Shown piece by piece: positions 1 to 16,831 of a stretch of 64,000 nucleotides of DNA. The position numbers and the translations under genes are program-made. The notes under the pieces are model-generated. The model did no database searches, had not been told where the DNA came from, and saw only the letters and a list, made by a program, of their open reading frames with translations. The stretch is from positions 89,776,001 to 89,840,000 of the forward strand of contig OZ024741.1 in assembly GCA_964016885.1 (NCBI GenBank), given 5' to 3'. Source of the DNA: Eledone cirrhosa. Its lineage: Eukaryota. Every line of letters begins with the position of its first letter. Position 1 is the first letter of the stretch.

Positions 1-389
1 GCCATTTCAATATGAGATTAATGATTTCAAACTGAAACTCTACCACTAGAAGGTCAGAATAATGCTTCCAATGTGAGAATAGCAATTTCAAAGTGAGATT
101 AGCACAAACAGATTTCTATCATTGAAATTATAACATCAAAACATTATAACACCCTTTGTAATGGCAGCAAAGTGAACTTGCTTAATTAATTATAAGTGTT
201 CATTAGTCAAGCAGTGATGCAAAATACTCATTTATTTTTTGCAAAGTCATTAATGAATTGTTGTTTATTGCTTTGTACAAATATTCACGCAACTTAATCA
301 TCAACATTCAGATTGGAGCTACCGCCATTCCACGTTAAAAGGCATTTAGCTTATACGAATATTGCAGTAAGTGGGTTAAGACTGGAATA

Positions 390-670
390 GACCTCAATCG
401 GTTTTGACGGTGAGTGATTCAGTTGATTCAATCAACAGAACTGCCTGCTCGTGAAATTAAAGAGTAAGTGGTTGAGCATTCCATAAACATGCGTACCCTT
501 AACGTAATCACCGGGAAGATTCAGCGTAACACACTGTGTGATAAGGTTTGGCCCTTTGAATTACAGAGCTTCCAAACAGTTTCCATTTAGCAAATTTCAC
601 TCACTAGGCATGGATGGACTCGAGGCTATAGTAATTGACACTTGCAGTGGGATCAAACCAGACATTACAT
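390..670 (-). mobile_element. Degenerate SINE (family also at ~3440-3620, 4275-4520, 25265-25610, 58060-58300)
   Basis: Dispersed similarity (ccttaacgtaat..ggaagattcagcgt..cacactgtgtgataag); plus-strand copies carry tRNA-like heads. Confidence 0.5.
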
Positions 671-864
671 TGTAATTTACAAGCCTAAGAAACCACAGAT
701 CAATATCCGCCGATACGGAAGCAGCATTGCTGCTTTCAGAACACCCCAGAAAAGTAATCAAGGATAAAAGTTACCACTGCTAAGAGCAAGTCTTTATTAA
801 TTTATTTTGGTAGGAAACCATTAATAACAAAAAACAAATCCTCCATTCCCATTATGCCAAACCC

Positions 865-1746
865 ATGACTTCCAAATATCTGATCCACCGAAACTCAGCT
901 GTTTCGGACCACACCAAAATCAACATACTGATTGCGGATTTGGTACGGGTAATGAGAAACGTGTCTCGCATGTGCAACCTCAAAGAACTAGAGAGACACA
1001 TACAACACTTCATCCACCGTATGCAGTTCTCTGGTTACAATCAGAGAGATAAAATCAGAGTATATAGAGGAGCCAGAACCAAATGGGAAAAAATGGTAAA
1101 TAATGATACAAATGGGACCTGCCCCTTGTATAGAAGCAAATTTTGGAATAGAATAGAAAGAACTAGGAATAAGGTTAATAGAATAAACTCATGGTATGAT
1201 AGCAATAAATACCAGAGTGTGATGTTCATCAATACAACCCCTAGAGGTGAATTAGCTTACAAATTTAGAAGGGCCCTAGATAAACATAAACTCAATATTA
1301 AGATAGTAGGTACCTCCATAAAAACACTTATTAGCAATAGATACCCTTTTCAAAGACCTCCCTGTATAGATAAGAAATGTATAATCTGTAAACTAAGCCC
1401 CCATATTAACTGTAAAACTAGAAATGTAGTATATAGCATAAGATGTACTGAAGGACAATGTAGAGATAAGAATATAGTGTACATAGGTGAGACAGCTCAT
1501 AGTATAGGAGAACGGATAAATGAACACTGGCGAGAGCTTCAAGATAGAAAAGAATCATCTGTACTCCACCAACATGCTAAAATAGAGCATAAGAGTAAAT
1601 TAGAGAACATAGAAATAAAAATAGAATCTACACACAGAAAAGACGCAATGTTTAGACAAATCACAGAGGCAATAAACATAAATGAACTCCAACCAAAATT
1701 AAATAGAAAACATGAATGGAATAGCAACATCACAGCTTACAATTAA
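865..1746 (+). CDS. Penelope-like element ORF, 5'-truncated: RT thumb/linker plus GIY-YIG endonuclease
   Basis: Cys-rich linker (CIDKKCIIC..C), then VYSIRC...YIGETAHSIGERINEH...RQITEAININELQPKLNRKHEW, a PLE GIY-YIG domain. The frame is open upstream (KQILHSHYAKPM), so the Met is not the true start. Confidence 0.9.
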   Translation: MTSKYLIHRNSAVSDHTKINILIADLVRVMRNVSRMCNLKELERHIQHFIHRMQFSGYNQRDKIRVYRGARTKWEKMVNNDTNGTCPLYRSKFWNRIERTRNKVNRINSWYDSNKYQSVMFINTTPRGELAYKFRRALDKHKLNIKIVGTSIKTLISNRYPFQRPPCIDKKCIICKLSPHINCKTRNVVYSIRCTEGQCRDKNIVYIGETAHSIGERINEHWRELQDRKESSVLHQHAKIEHKSKLENIEIKIESTHRKDAMFRQITEAININELQPKLNRKHEWNSNITAYN

Positions 1747-1945
1747 GGACAAAATGAAAGCACACACACACATAGAACAAACAACCAACCAGTAACATGT
1801 AAATAAAGAAATAAATAAACAAATATAAACACACACAGACACCCCGATGTAACACATGCGCAAACTAAGCACACAACACACACAAAAACAAGATGGCGTA
1901 GGACAGAACAAAGGAGAGGCACACAAACAAAGAAAAGAATCCCCA

Positions 1946-1988
1946 GTCACTGAAGAGGTCACAGAATGTGTGACGAAAGAACTTTGAC
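1946..1988 (+). ncRNA. Minimal type I hammerhead ribozyme in PLE pseudo-LTR
   Basis: GTCA-CTGAAGA-G-GTCACA(gaatg)TGTGAC-GAAA-GAAC-TT-TGAC: stem I GTCA/TGAC, 6-bp stem II, CUU cleavage triplet. Confidence 0.8.
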
Positions 1989-2136
1989 AATATATGAACA
2001 ATCGTCTGGTTGTGGAACCAACCAACCAACCGGAAATTTATAAATTCTTAAATTTATAAATTTAATTTATAATAAATTGGAGTGAAAGCAATTGGTGCGT
2101 GTGTTTCTTATTGGCAACATGACCCTCCCAAAGCAT

Positions 2137-2208
<72 letters not shown>

Positions 2209-2451
2209 CTACACTTTCATAGCTCTGTACGGAACAACAACTAACACACACACACGTTCATGCACGCGCACACGCACAGTTCTATAACCAAAACGATTTT
2301 TTTCCTTTTCAGCTAGACGCGTTCGATCGCCACTTTTCCATGAGATAATGGCGCGAATAGACCTGCCTTTTCTCTAGAAAATCTTTTCTTCGTTTCTGCC
2401 ATTGCCTAGTCTCCTCAATCTTTCTATTTGTTTCTTAATTTATCATTGTAC

Positions 2452-2485
2452 TTTCTGATGAAGGACTAGCGTCTGAAACGTTAAG
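2452..2485 (+). ncRNA. Minimal hammerhead-like motif
   Basis: CTGATGA-AGGAC(tagc)GTCT-GAAACGTT with palindromic stem III. Stem I is only about 3 bp. Confidence 0.55.
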
Positions 2486-3155
2486 ACTCTTTTCCTACTA
2501 TATTAAGTGTAAAACTAATAAATTTCTTCACTGTACTGTGTCGTTTGCTTTATTTCTGTTTACATTTTGCACACACACACACGCACACACACACATGCAT
2601 GTATGTATGTATTATGTGTGTATATACGTACATATATCAGACACCACGTGCATGTGAGTGACGCATGTGAAAAACGTTATACAACAAATGTACAACCCCT
2701 CTCCATACACGCATAAACACACACACAGACATGCATGCACACATACACGCATGCACACATACACAAGCATACACACTTTAGAGAGACACAAATATAGACA
2801 GAGAATATAGATTGATAGAGAGGGGTATAGATAGATATATAGATAGATAGATAGATAGAGAGTGAGAGAGAGAGAGAGAAATATATATATATGAGAACCC
2901 ATATATACACATAAACACACATACACACATCTAACACTCGTAATTGACTCATTGAAATAGTAGCCAAAACGAGATTTCCAACATCAGCCAGCCAGACATT
3001 CCAAACAAGTTGCAAACCTGTTATAGACACCATTAACATATTTAAAGTATGAACTTTTTTTTTTACGTTAGAAATTAATTTATTAAAAAAAAAAAGCGCA
3101 GAGAAAAATAAATGAAAAATATAAAAAATATAAAAATAAAAAAATTATCTTTATA

Positions 3156-3215
<60 letters not shown>

Positions 3216-3323
3216 CTCTTGCCATTATCGGATGTTGTACATGGATGGAATACTATAAAAATATGGTCTTGCTCAGAGTCCTTATCAGTTATGACATTGC
3301 TGAAGATTGACGTCTGATGACTT

Positions 3324-3407
<84 letters not shown>

Positions 3408-4530
3408 TATATTTTATGGAATGTACCTCTGTTGATTTCAACGCTGTGTGTTCCATTCGTTTGATCAAACGAACAGCTTGATCATAAAATTACCACGTAG
3501 GGATTAAATATTCCACAGGTACGTGTATCCTTATCAAGGAAATTCAGTATGGCACTGTGTGACGGGCTTCCAAACAGTTTCTGTCTATCTAATTTCACTC
3601 ACAAGGCATGTGCCGATCTAAGACTATAAGTAAATTAGAATGGCTGGGTAGCTTTTGTGATGACTTTGAAATGACAAAAGGTAAAGATGCCCTTGTGAGG
3701 ATTTGACCTCAGAACACAGAGTTGAAAAAAATCACCTCACATCATTCTATCCCACAATGTAACGACTCTGCCAATTTTCTGTCTTAAAGAAACAAAATTC
3801 AATAAATTTTACAAAAAATGTTATAGAATATACAAAAAGAAGAGAAAGGAAGAGGATAATAGTATGGCAGCCCTCCAATTCCCTAATCCTCAACACTGTC
3901 TTACAACAGAACGACTTCTACAGTAAATGTACCGAAGAACTTGAAATACAGCCCTTTTCCCACAGAAAGACATATCCCTATACAATTTATACTTTTATTT
4001 ATTTAGTCGTCCCCAAAGAATTGAAATGTTTCTTCTTCTTTACGAATGAAAGCTATGAGAGAGGGGATGTTTTAACGTTCTGCACTTATATAATGAGAAT
4101 GGCAAATACTTTTTTTTTTAATTTTACGCCTGAAAGATAAAATCTCTAAACATTTGAGTCAATGGAGGTAACCTTTGCTTGATCACTGGGCCTGCTAGGA
4201 AAATCAATCGAATATTCCTCATAACACATCCCATTGTTTTTAAAGAAGGATGAATTCATTGGGTGATATTTACGGGAGCAGGCATGGCTGAGTGGTTAAA
4301 AAGTTCGTTTCGTAATCAAGAGGTTTCCGATTTGATTCAAATACGTGGTATCTTAGGTAAGTATCGTTGCCATAGATTCAGGCCAATCCAAACCTCAATG
4401 TAAAACAAAGTAGACGGAAACTGTTGAAATCCATCAGATGTAATTCATTTTTACATTGTGTCATGGCGATTCTGTCAAGAATTAAGAGTACACATGTTTA
4501 AGGAACACTCAGCCTCTTATAGTTAATTTA

Positions 4531-4712
4531 ATTGTTTCTACTTTAGGCACAAGGCCAACACATACCCAGTTCATTACTGGTAGTTTATTTTATCGACCCC
4601 GTAGGGATGAAAGGCAAAGTCAACCTCGGCGGGATTTGAACTCAGATCGTAAATGGACGTAACTATGCTGGAAAGCATGGCGTCCGACCCTCTACCGATA
4701 CTGCCAATCCAC
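4531..4712 (-). mobile_element. tRNA-derived SINE with Nin-like central domain
   Basis: Reverse complement of the 54408 copy; B-box GAGTTCAAATCC; TSD ttaatttaat on both sides. Confidence 0.85.
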
Positions 4713-5160
4713 TTAATTTAATGAATACTACTCCCAGTTGCTTGAAAAACTGAATGCTCATCGTCACTGTATCACCAAGCTTCGGATCGACCTTATGCCT
4801 GAGACTGAAAATGCGTAGACGGAAACTCCGTCGAAACCCATCAAATGTAATTTAGCATTTTCACATTGTGTCAAGATGTTTTTGCCTGAGAATTAAGTAT
4901 ATTAATATCTAAGGAATACTCAGCTACTTAAACGTTGAGTTAACCAAACAACTGATTTCTCATCGTCGAAATTGATGGAGGGATGTATCATGTTTGTAAA
5001 ATATAAAGACAGAATTATAATGAGTTGGAACACAATTGAGTAGGATTGGTCTGAGATAACAACAACAGCCTCTATATACCAAAGTTTTATTTACTTAGAT
5101 TATTTTATGTCGCATTTCGTAACCAATAGTATTGTCGGGCACAGAATTCTTATGGGTTAA

Positions 5161-5378
5161 CCCTTAGCATTTACATTACTCTATATTTACTATTGTATTT
5201 TCGTGTTAAAGGCTTTATCTCACATAATTATCTCATCATATCGAATCTATGAGATTTTGATATTATTTATTTTGAGAACAATACCTTAACGTTGGTATGA
5301 GTGGCCAGTTACAACAGGTTTGAACAGAAAGAGCTGAGAGAATTCTGGCCGGATATGGCTGGTTTAAATGTTAAAGGG
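5161..5378. mobile_element. piggyBac-like MITE
   Basis: TTAA|CCCTTAGCATT ... AATGTTAAAGGG|TTAA: short TIRs with a TTAA target duplication. Confidence 0.65.
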
Positions 5379-5694
5379 TTAAGCACTGGTTCACTGTAAT
5401 GGCGCGTGTGACAAAGGATTGTCTGAACAATTCAGGGGAAAAATATGACAAAGGATATTCATCCGAAAGCAGCGAATTTTTTTTTTTTTTTTGCTGATGT
5501 TTACATCTTTTGGTGATATACACAGCCAAAAGCAGCTGATAGTAAGACATGATAATACCTTTAACCCCTAAAACGATAGAATGCAGTTCAACTTTTTCCT
5601 GCTATTAATATATACTTGTATCATTCACATGATATCATGCTTTGCATTGAACAATGTGTGGACTTAAAGGGAGATTATGTTAAAAAATAAAACA

Positions 5695-5780
<86 letters not shown>

Positions 5781-5840
5781 TGTATATATATATATGTATG
5801 TATGTGTGCATGTATGTATGTATATATATATATACATATC

Positions 5841-5915
<75 letters not shown>

Positions 5916-6111
5916 AAATGTTTGAGTGTTTGTGTATGTGTATGCAAATAAAGAGCCCCATGTGAAGCCTGACAAAGTTCAGGCATTGGACCACCCTCCA
6001 AGACATGCTATATCAGTTAACACATCTGATAGACATTCTTCCACTCTTTCTATTCTCAATACAAGAATGACAATCTTCATTCATTTTTTCCCTCCTTTAT
6101 CCTTTATCCCT

Positions 6112-6202
<91 letters not shown>

Positions 6203-6296
6203 CACACAACACACATATATATATATATACACACACACATATATATATATATATACACATACACATACCCCCCTATATATATATATATATATATAC

Positions 6297-6330
<34 letters not shown>

Positions 6331-6429
6331 ATATGATTCATGTCTTTTCAGTTTGCAACTTTACATAGATGATACTACGCTAATGTCATGGATAGTAGGT
6401 AGTGTTGGTGGAAATATGAAACTAAAATT

Positions 6430-6733
6430 CCAAATTGAATCATATATATTTTTTATTAATTTGAATTGTGTTCCAAACGGAAGAAGGAAGTGGTAGGAAG
6501 TTAGGCTTGTGGTAAGAAGAAGTAAGAGAAGGAAATATATTCGTTGATGTAGGTAGAATAAATAGCAAGGATAAAAATGACACGATTCTCTTTATGGTTC
6601 TGTTATGACTGAATCCAGAGTGGTTTGTTCTAGGTTGGTAGAGCAATTGAAATGTCAGGTCACAGATAAAAACGCTTTACGTAAGTTAGTCATAGGAGAA
6701 GGGACTTATAACTTTTTCTTGTCTATGAGACTC

Positions 6734-6764
<31 letters not shown>

Positions 6765-7140
6765 GCATATGCTATTCTCAAACCAAGGTCTTAATCCGAA
6801 TGCTTCCAATAGAGTTGTTGAGCAACTCGAACATCTTTAGATCGATATCTGCTAGGGTAAAATGCAGGGAGAGGAGAATTGCAGTTGTGGATAGGAAAGG
6901 CATAGCCGAGTGTTTCATATATAATTTAAAAAATGAGATATAGTAATTATGACAAGAGGAGGAATGGATAAACCGAATGGGTGAATAACGAGGGTGTTTA
7001 GATAGCTATTTCAGTGAAACACCGATCGTTATAGTAACGGCAATGAGAAGAAACAGTGCGTCTGTAAGCAGAGCATTGCCAGAGTTATAAAACTATTCAT
7101 ATAACAGACTGAGAATATTTATAAAAATGGCAATAGATTT
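6430..7140 (-). mobile_element. Highly degraded non-LTR retrotransposon (LINE) 3' fragments
   Basis: Broken minus-strand reading resembles a LINE RT C-terminus (..RYYNDRC..); many stops. Confidence 0.3.
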
Positions 7141-7842
7141 GTAACGGCTCTAACATAAAATCCTCAAATAAACAAAGGTCATGAACAGCTTGAAGACACT
7201 AGAGTTTGAAAAGTTCTCTGGGTTGTCACCTATCCCTACTCTCAAGGGTTCTTCGTAACGGCTATTCAGTGATTGGAAGGGACCCCGAAAAAACTACCAA
7301 TCTATGGAAGACCTGGAGAGATTTAACAGCAGGATCTCCAAGAGAAATTTTGCAAAGTAGAACAAGAACTCAGAGGTGATGGCTCTCAAATATCAAAGCT
7401 GCTTCTTTGTTTTTCAGGAGTTAAAACCTGCCTCTTACAAAGCCTGCTTAACAGACATGCTCTTTAGTTATTTAGTTTTAGACATTATCACCAAAGCTAT
7501 GCCGGAGCACCGCTTACAATATGATTTAAATAGAAACTCCAAAGACCCAAACTTTGACAATAGAAATTGAAGGGCAGCGTTGAAAATATTTGAAAACATT
7601 GAATTCGATCAGTTGATCCTGAACTTTTTTTTACTCACGGCGCATTTTTGAAAAAATAAAAAATATGTTGGCGCACTGTGCTATAAATTCGAAAATTTAT
7701 TCAAAGGAATTTTTCCTATATATTAGCTTAACACAGAGCTAAATGAGTCTAGCCCCATTCCCCCGGGACAACTCCTCTCTGGCCAAACTTTTGCCGCTTT
7801 GCCATATATATATATATATATGTGTATATATATATATATGTG

Positions 7843-7977
<135 letters not shown>

Positions 7978-8189
7978 ATAAATATACAAATGGAAGTACA
8001 GCATATTCGAATCTCGAGCCGCAGCTAAGCCGATGAATGCATTCAGAAGTGCAGCCAAGCACTCGATAAGGTATAACACCTTACAGTAATAACATACAGT
8101 TTAAAGGGCTTTGCAAATTGAAGATAGCGACCGGTAATTCAGCCGCGGGGACCGTAGCAGCGAAAGAACTGACTCGCGAGAAAAAATAC

Positions 8190-8227
<38 letters not shown>

Positions 8228-8611
8228 CAAACCTGGACCATCACTTCGATATTTTGCAATATCTCAGTTAGGGATCTGTAAATCCGAAATTTACAAAATC
8301 TGCTTGCGGTGTATGCAAGTTAAGGTTCTGGATGATCGAACAGAGGATTTACTTTCACAACAGGCTTCCGTTCTGACGCCAGTCCGGTTGTGAGAGCACA
8401 TGTTTCTCCAAAGAGAGCTAACACCCGGTTTATGGCGGTCAAATTCAAATTATGAGCAATGGAATAAGTTCCGTACACAAACTGAATTAAGCACACAACC
8501 AGATCGTTATGAAACAAACATAAATAATTAACCAATCAATAGAATTGTCTAATTAAATTAACCAATTAATGATTAGGTCTAGGAGATAGTAATACAAATG
8601 GAAGTACAGCA

Positions 8612-8650
<39 letters not shown>

Positions 8651-8655
<5 letters not shown>

Positions 8656-9132
8656 AATGTAATCTGAGTTTTTCGAATATTAATAATAACATTCGATTCG
8701 TTTGTAATTACGCAAATAAGCCTCAATTTTATAGCCATGTCAGTAGAATGAACCCTTCATTCTTGCTCTTGTGTTGGCATGTGAACATGTGGCATGTGAA
8801 CATTTGGCTGATGAGTGGATCTGCTAATATGCAGATCTGACTGATCAGCCAGTCTGCTAATAGGCAAATCAGGCCGATCAGTCACTGTGTATTTTTGAAA
8901 TTAGCCTATATTTTCACTAGTTCTGACAGTTTGGCAGCTGAACAGTGATCTGTACTGATGAAGAGTGATTCCAGAAACATTAGTGTCTGCAGTTCTGTTC
9001 ACATGCCAACACAAGAGCAAGAATGAAGGATTCATTCTACTTACATGGCTATAAAATTGAGGCTTGTTTGCGTAATTGCAAACGAATCGAATGTTATTAT
9101 TAATATTCGAAAAACTCAGATTACATTTATTG
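8651..9132 (+). mobile_element. Small HHR-bearing non-autonomous element with inverted 3' arm
   Basis: 8651-8787 is the reverse complement of 8996-9132. The interior has octamer-like boxes (8829, 8862), a TATA-like box (8907) and an HHR. Confidence 0.7.
8950..8992 (+). ncRNA. Type I hammerhead ribozyme (weak stem II)
   Basis: CTGTA-CTGATGA-agagtgattcca-GAAA-CATTAGTG-TC-TGCAG: stem I CTGTA/TGCAG, stem III ACA/TGT, GUC triplet. Confidence 0.65.
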
Positions 9133-9179
9133 TATTCATCCACGTAGACCGAAAATTTTCTTTTTTATACTCACACACG

Positions 9180-9365
<186 letters not shown>

Positions 9366-10462
9366 AATTTCCGTTTGTATTTATCACATCTTAAAACATA
9401 ATCTTAGTCTTTTGCTGCACATTTAGTCACATCTCGCGGCACATCAGTGCGCCGCGGCGCACTGTTTGGGAATCACTGAATTAGATTATTGTCACATAGT
9501 TAAGTTGACCTCAATGACTCCATCCTAATCATAATTTAGTGAAGTTAATCCATCTCACTTCAACCACACCCATCAATAATACCACAACTTTACACAACTT
9601 AAGCACCATTAATCATTCCTGGCTATGTAGCTTTCCTTTGATATTGAAATACCAGAACGAAATTCATGAAAAATGTTTATGAGAATAAATTAATTGGTTT
9701 ACCAATCACACCACCATCGACCTATATCGGCTTCACATACTTGCATACAAACCAAAAATCCACAAATAGCATACCCCCACCCCATCTGCTCAAATATCTT
9801 CCACCGTATAACATAATCAATAACTATCACTACTAATACTATCAACAAAACCAGCAGCATCAACAACAACAACATCAATACAACCAGCAGCAACGCCAAC
9901 TAGCAACAATACGACGACGACGACCACCACTAAAATATGACTACCACCATCACTACAACTATCCAAAAGTTGGTTAACATTATTCCTTCTCCTCTCCTCA
10001 CCCTCGTCCTTCTCCAATACTATCCCAATACCTCTTTTACTTTAAACACCAACATCACACTCATTATGACTACATCCAGCACCAAACCACACATTTACTA
10101 CAACCAGTGAAACCACTGGCCGCCACCACCACCACCACCACCACCGACACTGCCGCCACCACCACCACCACCACCACCGACACTGCCGCCACCACCACCA
10201 CCATTACCGACGCCGCCGCCACCGCCGCAACTAGTAAAACCACTGGCACCATTATTGAAACCAATAACACTCTTATCACTCACTACCAACCCCACCATTG
10301 CTCCAGCAACTACCGACAACATGAACGCCTCCATTATCAGTACATCATAGCCATCACCACCATCACCACCGCCGCCGGAATGGTAAGCGCTTGCCAACCA
10401 CCATAACTCGGATATTGCGTTTCGCTTTGTTTTCGACCACTGCCGAAATACGAATCTCGCTG

Positions 10463-10531
<69 letters not shown>

Positions 10532-10674
10532 CCACACACATGCAAACACATATGTTACTCTGAAGTTTCGCCTGTGTATTCACAGAGTGTTCAGAGGCGA
10601 AACTCCAGTGTAACAGAAGTCAAACCTGGCCACTGTGTGTGTGTGTGTATGTGTGTGTGTGAGAGTGTGTGAAG

Positions 10675-10990
10675 GGGCGTGGCTTAGTGGTTAGAGTGTG
10701 GTTGTGAATTCGATTCTCAGACCGGACGGTGCGTTGTGTCCTTGAGCAAGACACTTTATTTCTCGTTACACCAGTTCGGTCAGCTGGAGAAACGTGTGGC
10801 GATGTTACTGGTGCCAAGCTGTATCGCCCTTTGCTTTTTTCTTCAGACAACATCGGTGGTGTTAGGAAAGGAGGCATGCATGGATGGACAACTGTTGGTC
10901 TTCCAACAAAACACATTGCCCAGGCTTTTTCCTTAAAGGGGAGCTTTCTATGTGCAAAGCCTATGGTCATTCGTGACCGAAAGATTTTTT
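10675..10990 (+). mobile_element. tRNA-derived SINE (second family; related copy at 51805-51990)
   Basis: A-box TGGCTTAGTGG, B-box-like AATTCGATTC, core GTTGTGTCCTTGAGCAAGACACTT. Confidence 0.7.
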
Positions 10991-11022
10991 TTTTAACCTT
11001 ATATATATATATATATATATAA

Positions 11023-11342
11023 CAGTGGTGGACTGGCCAGGGTGCCAGGTTGCCCAATGGCGAGTGGGCCCCAGGGGGCCCACGGTAGCATTGCAGGGCC
11101 CACTGTAGTATTTGAGGGACCAATGTTTTGCTTTCAAAAAATACCTGAAGTCTAAGAATAAAATAAAAAAAAACAACAATTAAGCAAAGCATTTGGTCAA
11201 CCAATTCCCCAGGGAATTACTAGAAACCAAAATATACGATAGTACAAATAGCTGGAATCAGTGGTTGTACATTCTATTAAATCTAAAGCTTAGTGTATTC
11301 ATTCATGCATGCAAACATACATATGTAGACCCACACATACAA

Positions 11343-11378
<36 letters not shown>

Positions 11379-11461
11379 TTACACACGAACTACTGACCAA
11401 ATAATATTTGGCATCAATGGGTTAAAGATATCTGTCAAATCAATGAGTGGTGAAAGTGGTG

Positions 11462-11530
<69 letters not shown>

Positions 11531-11889
11531 TTATATATATATATTGAGTGAATGTGAAAGACCAAAGGTCATTATTGAAAGTCTCTGGATTTCGCAAAGT
11601 ACATCATATTTTTCATTGTAGAAGGTAAGATATTTTCCCGAAAAAATTTGATTGCACTGTTTTGTTTCTACTTATGTATTTTTTGAAAATGTTATTAAAT
11701 TATACCATTCTATATGTAGGTGGGCCCCCGTCATCTGGCAACCAATATTTTTAGACCTAGTCCGCCACTGTATATATAGATATATATATATAAATATAAT
11801 GCCATTCATTGTAAGTTTGAATCTGACATGCAAAAACATATATATATGAATAAAGTAATCCCACATCATAGTAGATTCAAATATCACAT

Positions 11890-11920
<31 letters not shown>

Positions 11921-12129
11921 GGGAGAGAGAGAGAGAGAGGGGGGGTGAGGTACAACAGAAATGAAACATGGATTACAGGTTAAAATATAGTCTAGATAGA
12001 TGTGAAACATTAAGAAATACATGAATGTTATTTTAATAAATATTTGCTCTACGGTTCTTATATATTTGATATATATTTATCCTTATCGAGCCCTCTTTGG
12101 ATTTTAGTCTTCAAATTTATTATTATTAC

Positions 12130-12188
<59 letters not shown>

Positions 12189-13097
12189 TGAAAAATGGCA
12201 TGCTGTATATATATATATATATATAATGCCAAACATTGTAAGTTTGAATCTGACATGCAAAAACATATATATATATGAATAAAGTAAGCCCAAATGATAG
12301 TAGATTCAAATATCACAGAGAGATGGAGAGAGAGAGGGGGGTGGGGAATGAGGTACAACAGAAATGAAACATGAGTTACAGGTTAACATATAGTCTAGAT
12401 AGATGTGAAACAAAATGAGGATGTAGTTTATGGAACACCCGAATGATTTAGAAGTCGACCTTAAATAGGAGCAATAACATTAAGAAAGACATGAACGACA
12501 CCACAACACTTTGTTTTGAAAATTTTGAAAGTAGGTTTATAAGAAGGAATTTTCATAGAGTTTTCGTAGTTGCCTCTGTGGCTTAACGGTAGGTACCAGA
12601 GACGGTGGAAATCCCGGCCTTGGGTTCAAGTTTTTATTTTACAATCCATAGAAAAAAAACTGGAAAGTTTTACTGGGGACCCTACTCCCGACCAGGATCG
12701 AACTTCAGACCAGTATCTCCACCGTCGATGATTCCTCCAACTAGGCCACTGAGACGGCTACAGAAGTATAATGAAAATTGATAATTATAAACCTACTTTC
12801 AATATCAAAGTTAAAAAGGTGTGGTGTCGTTCATGACTTTCCTAGAGCTATTAGTAATATTTAGCGTCGACTTCTGGTCATTATTGAAAGTCTCTGGATT
12901 TCGCAAAATACAAATATTTTTTATTGGAGAAGGGAAGATATCTTTCCGCAAAAATTTGATTACACTGTTTTGTTTCTACTTATGTATTTTTTGAAAATGT
13001 TATTTATTCATTATAAAAATTAAAAGATAGCATTCTATATGTAGGTGGGCCCCTTCATCTCCTGGCAACCAATATTTTTAGACCCAGTCCGCCACTG
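11023..13097. mobile_element. Non-autonomous DNA transposon with internal duplications
   Basis: TIR CAGTGGTGGACTGG (11023) / CCAGTCCGCCACTG (13097), plus a second right end at 11770. 11567-11770 is repeated at 12877-13097 and ~11800-12010 at ~12225-12410. Confidence 0.65.
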
Positions 13098-15388
<2,291 letters not shown>

Positions 15389-15607
15389 TATATATATATA
15401 TAGTTTTGAGGGAAGAGAGAGCAAGATAGTTCAGTAAATAAATATATATATTAGGAAAATTTGTTCAAACCAGTAAGACAAACGAAAACGTAGGCAATTG
15501 TAGATACTGAACGTTCCATCAGCAGCTCTCTATGGACATCATTGCTCTTTATGGACATCTATGAACATCATTGCAGTTTCACACGCTTTTCGACATACAT
15601 ACATTCA

Positions 15608-16004
15608 CAGGGGCGGTGGAAGCATTTCTGAATTGGGTGGAGGGGCAAATTTGGTCAAGTTAGTTTAGCTGTTATTATCAAATATCAACATAGATATAAA
15701 AAAAACTTCGATATGCGATAAACATAACACATACCGTATTTCGAAGACGCTACTTTTTTCCTAAAATAAATCTCAAAAATCTACCATGCGTCCTGGAGAC
15801 CGAAGGTTGTTTATTATTTTTTTCCAAATTTTTGTTTGACAAAAATAGGGTGCTTCCTCGAGGACGAAGCATCTTCGGCGACGGGAAATACGGTACATAA
15901 ATTGTAGCGCATATACAAATAAATTTGTTTTTGGTAGTTTGGGGAGAAAAATATAACTATTGGAGTGGGGGCCATACCCCCCACCCCCAGTTCCACCGCC
16001 CCTG
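15608..16004. mobile_element. MITE with a nested Tigger-like MITE (15732-15895)
   Basis: Outer TIR CAGGGGCGGTGGAA/TTCCACCGCCCCTG; inner TIR TACCGTATTT/AAATACGGTA. Confidence 0.7.
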
Positions 16005-16477
16005 ATACACACATACATACATGCCTACATACACACATACACGCATATATATAAATGTGGAGGTTTCTTAAACATGGTTTCTTTGTTTTCTGTATACACT
16101 ACAGAAACTCAGACAAAATAGTATATCTGTCAATTGGTAATAGGATAGTTAAGCGGAGTTAACCGAATTCTTGGTTTAAATGTCATACAATGACCAGATT
16201 CCCCTAACAAAATCTCTCAGATAAACTTTAAAAGATCAAACGGTCTTTTTTGCACAGATAATGTATAAAAACAACACTGCCAACATCATGCATACAAATA
16301 AACATTCAAACGTATTATCATTCACACGCCATGTACACTCATACACATATGTTCACAAAGTCACATATAAACAAGTACATTTACACTCACACACATACAT
16401 GTATAAAGTACATTTAAATGGGTATTAAGTACGAAACCCGTGCTCCTAGAGTCATTGGTATAGCTTCGTAGCTATAG

Positions 16478-16519
<42 letters not shown>

Positions 16520-16570
16520 CTATAGCTACGAAGCTATACTAATGATTGGTATAGCTTCGTAGCTATAGCA

Positions 16571-16830
<260 letters not shown>

Positions 16831-16831
16831 T

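Larger units (their letters stand above)
820..2142 (+). mobile_element. Penelope-like retroelement 3' portion with pseudo-LTR, abutting (TA)n
   Basis: PLE ORF remnant followed by an HHR-containing 3' region that ends ATGACCCTCCCAAAGCATAACAA directly before a (TA)n run. Confidence 0.85.

Noticed and set aside
10070-10406. Thr-rich mucin-like or Gly-rich ORFs (also 24496-24700)
   Set aside because: They derive from (CAC)n trinucleotide repeats with no gene context.
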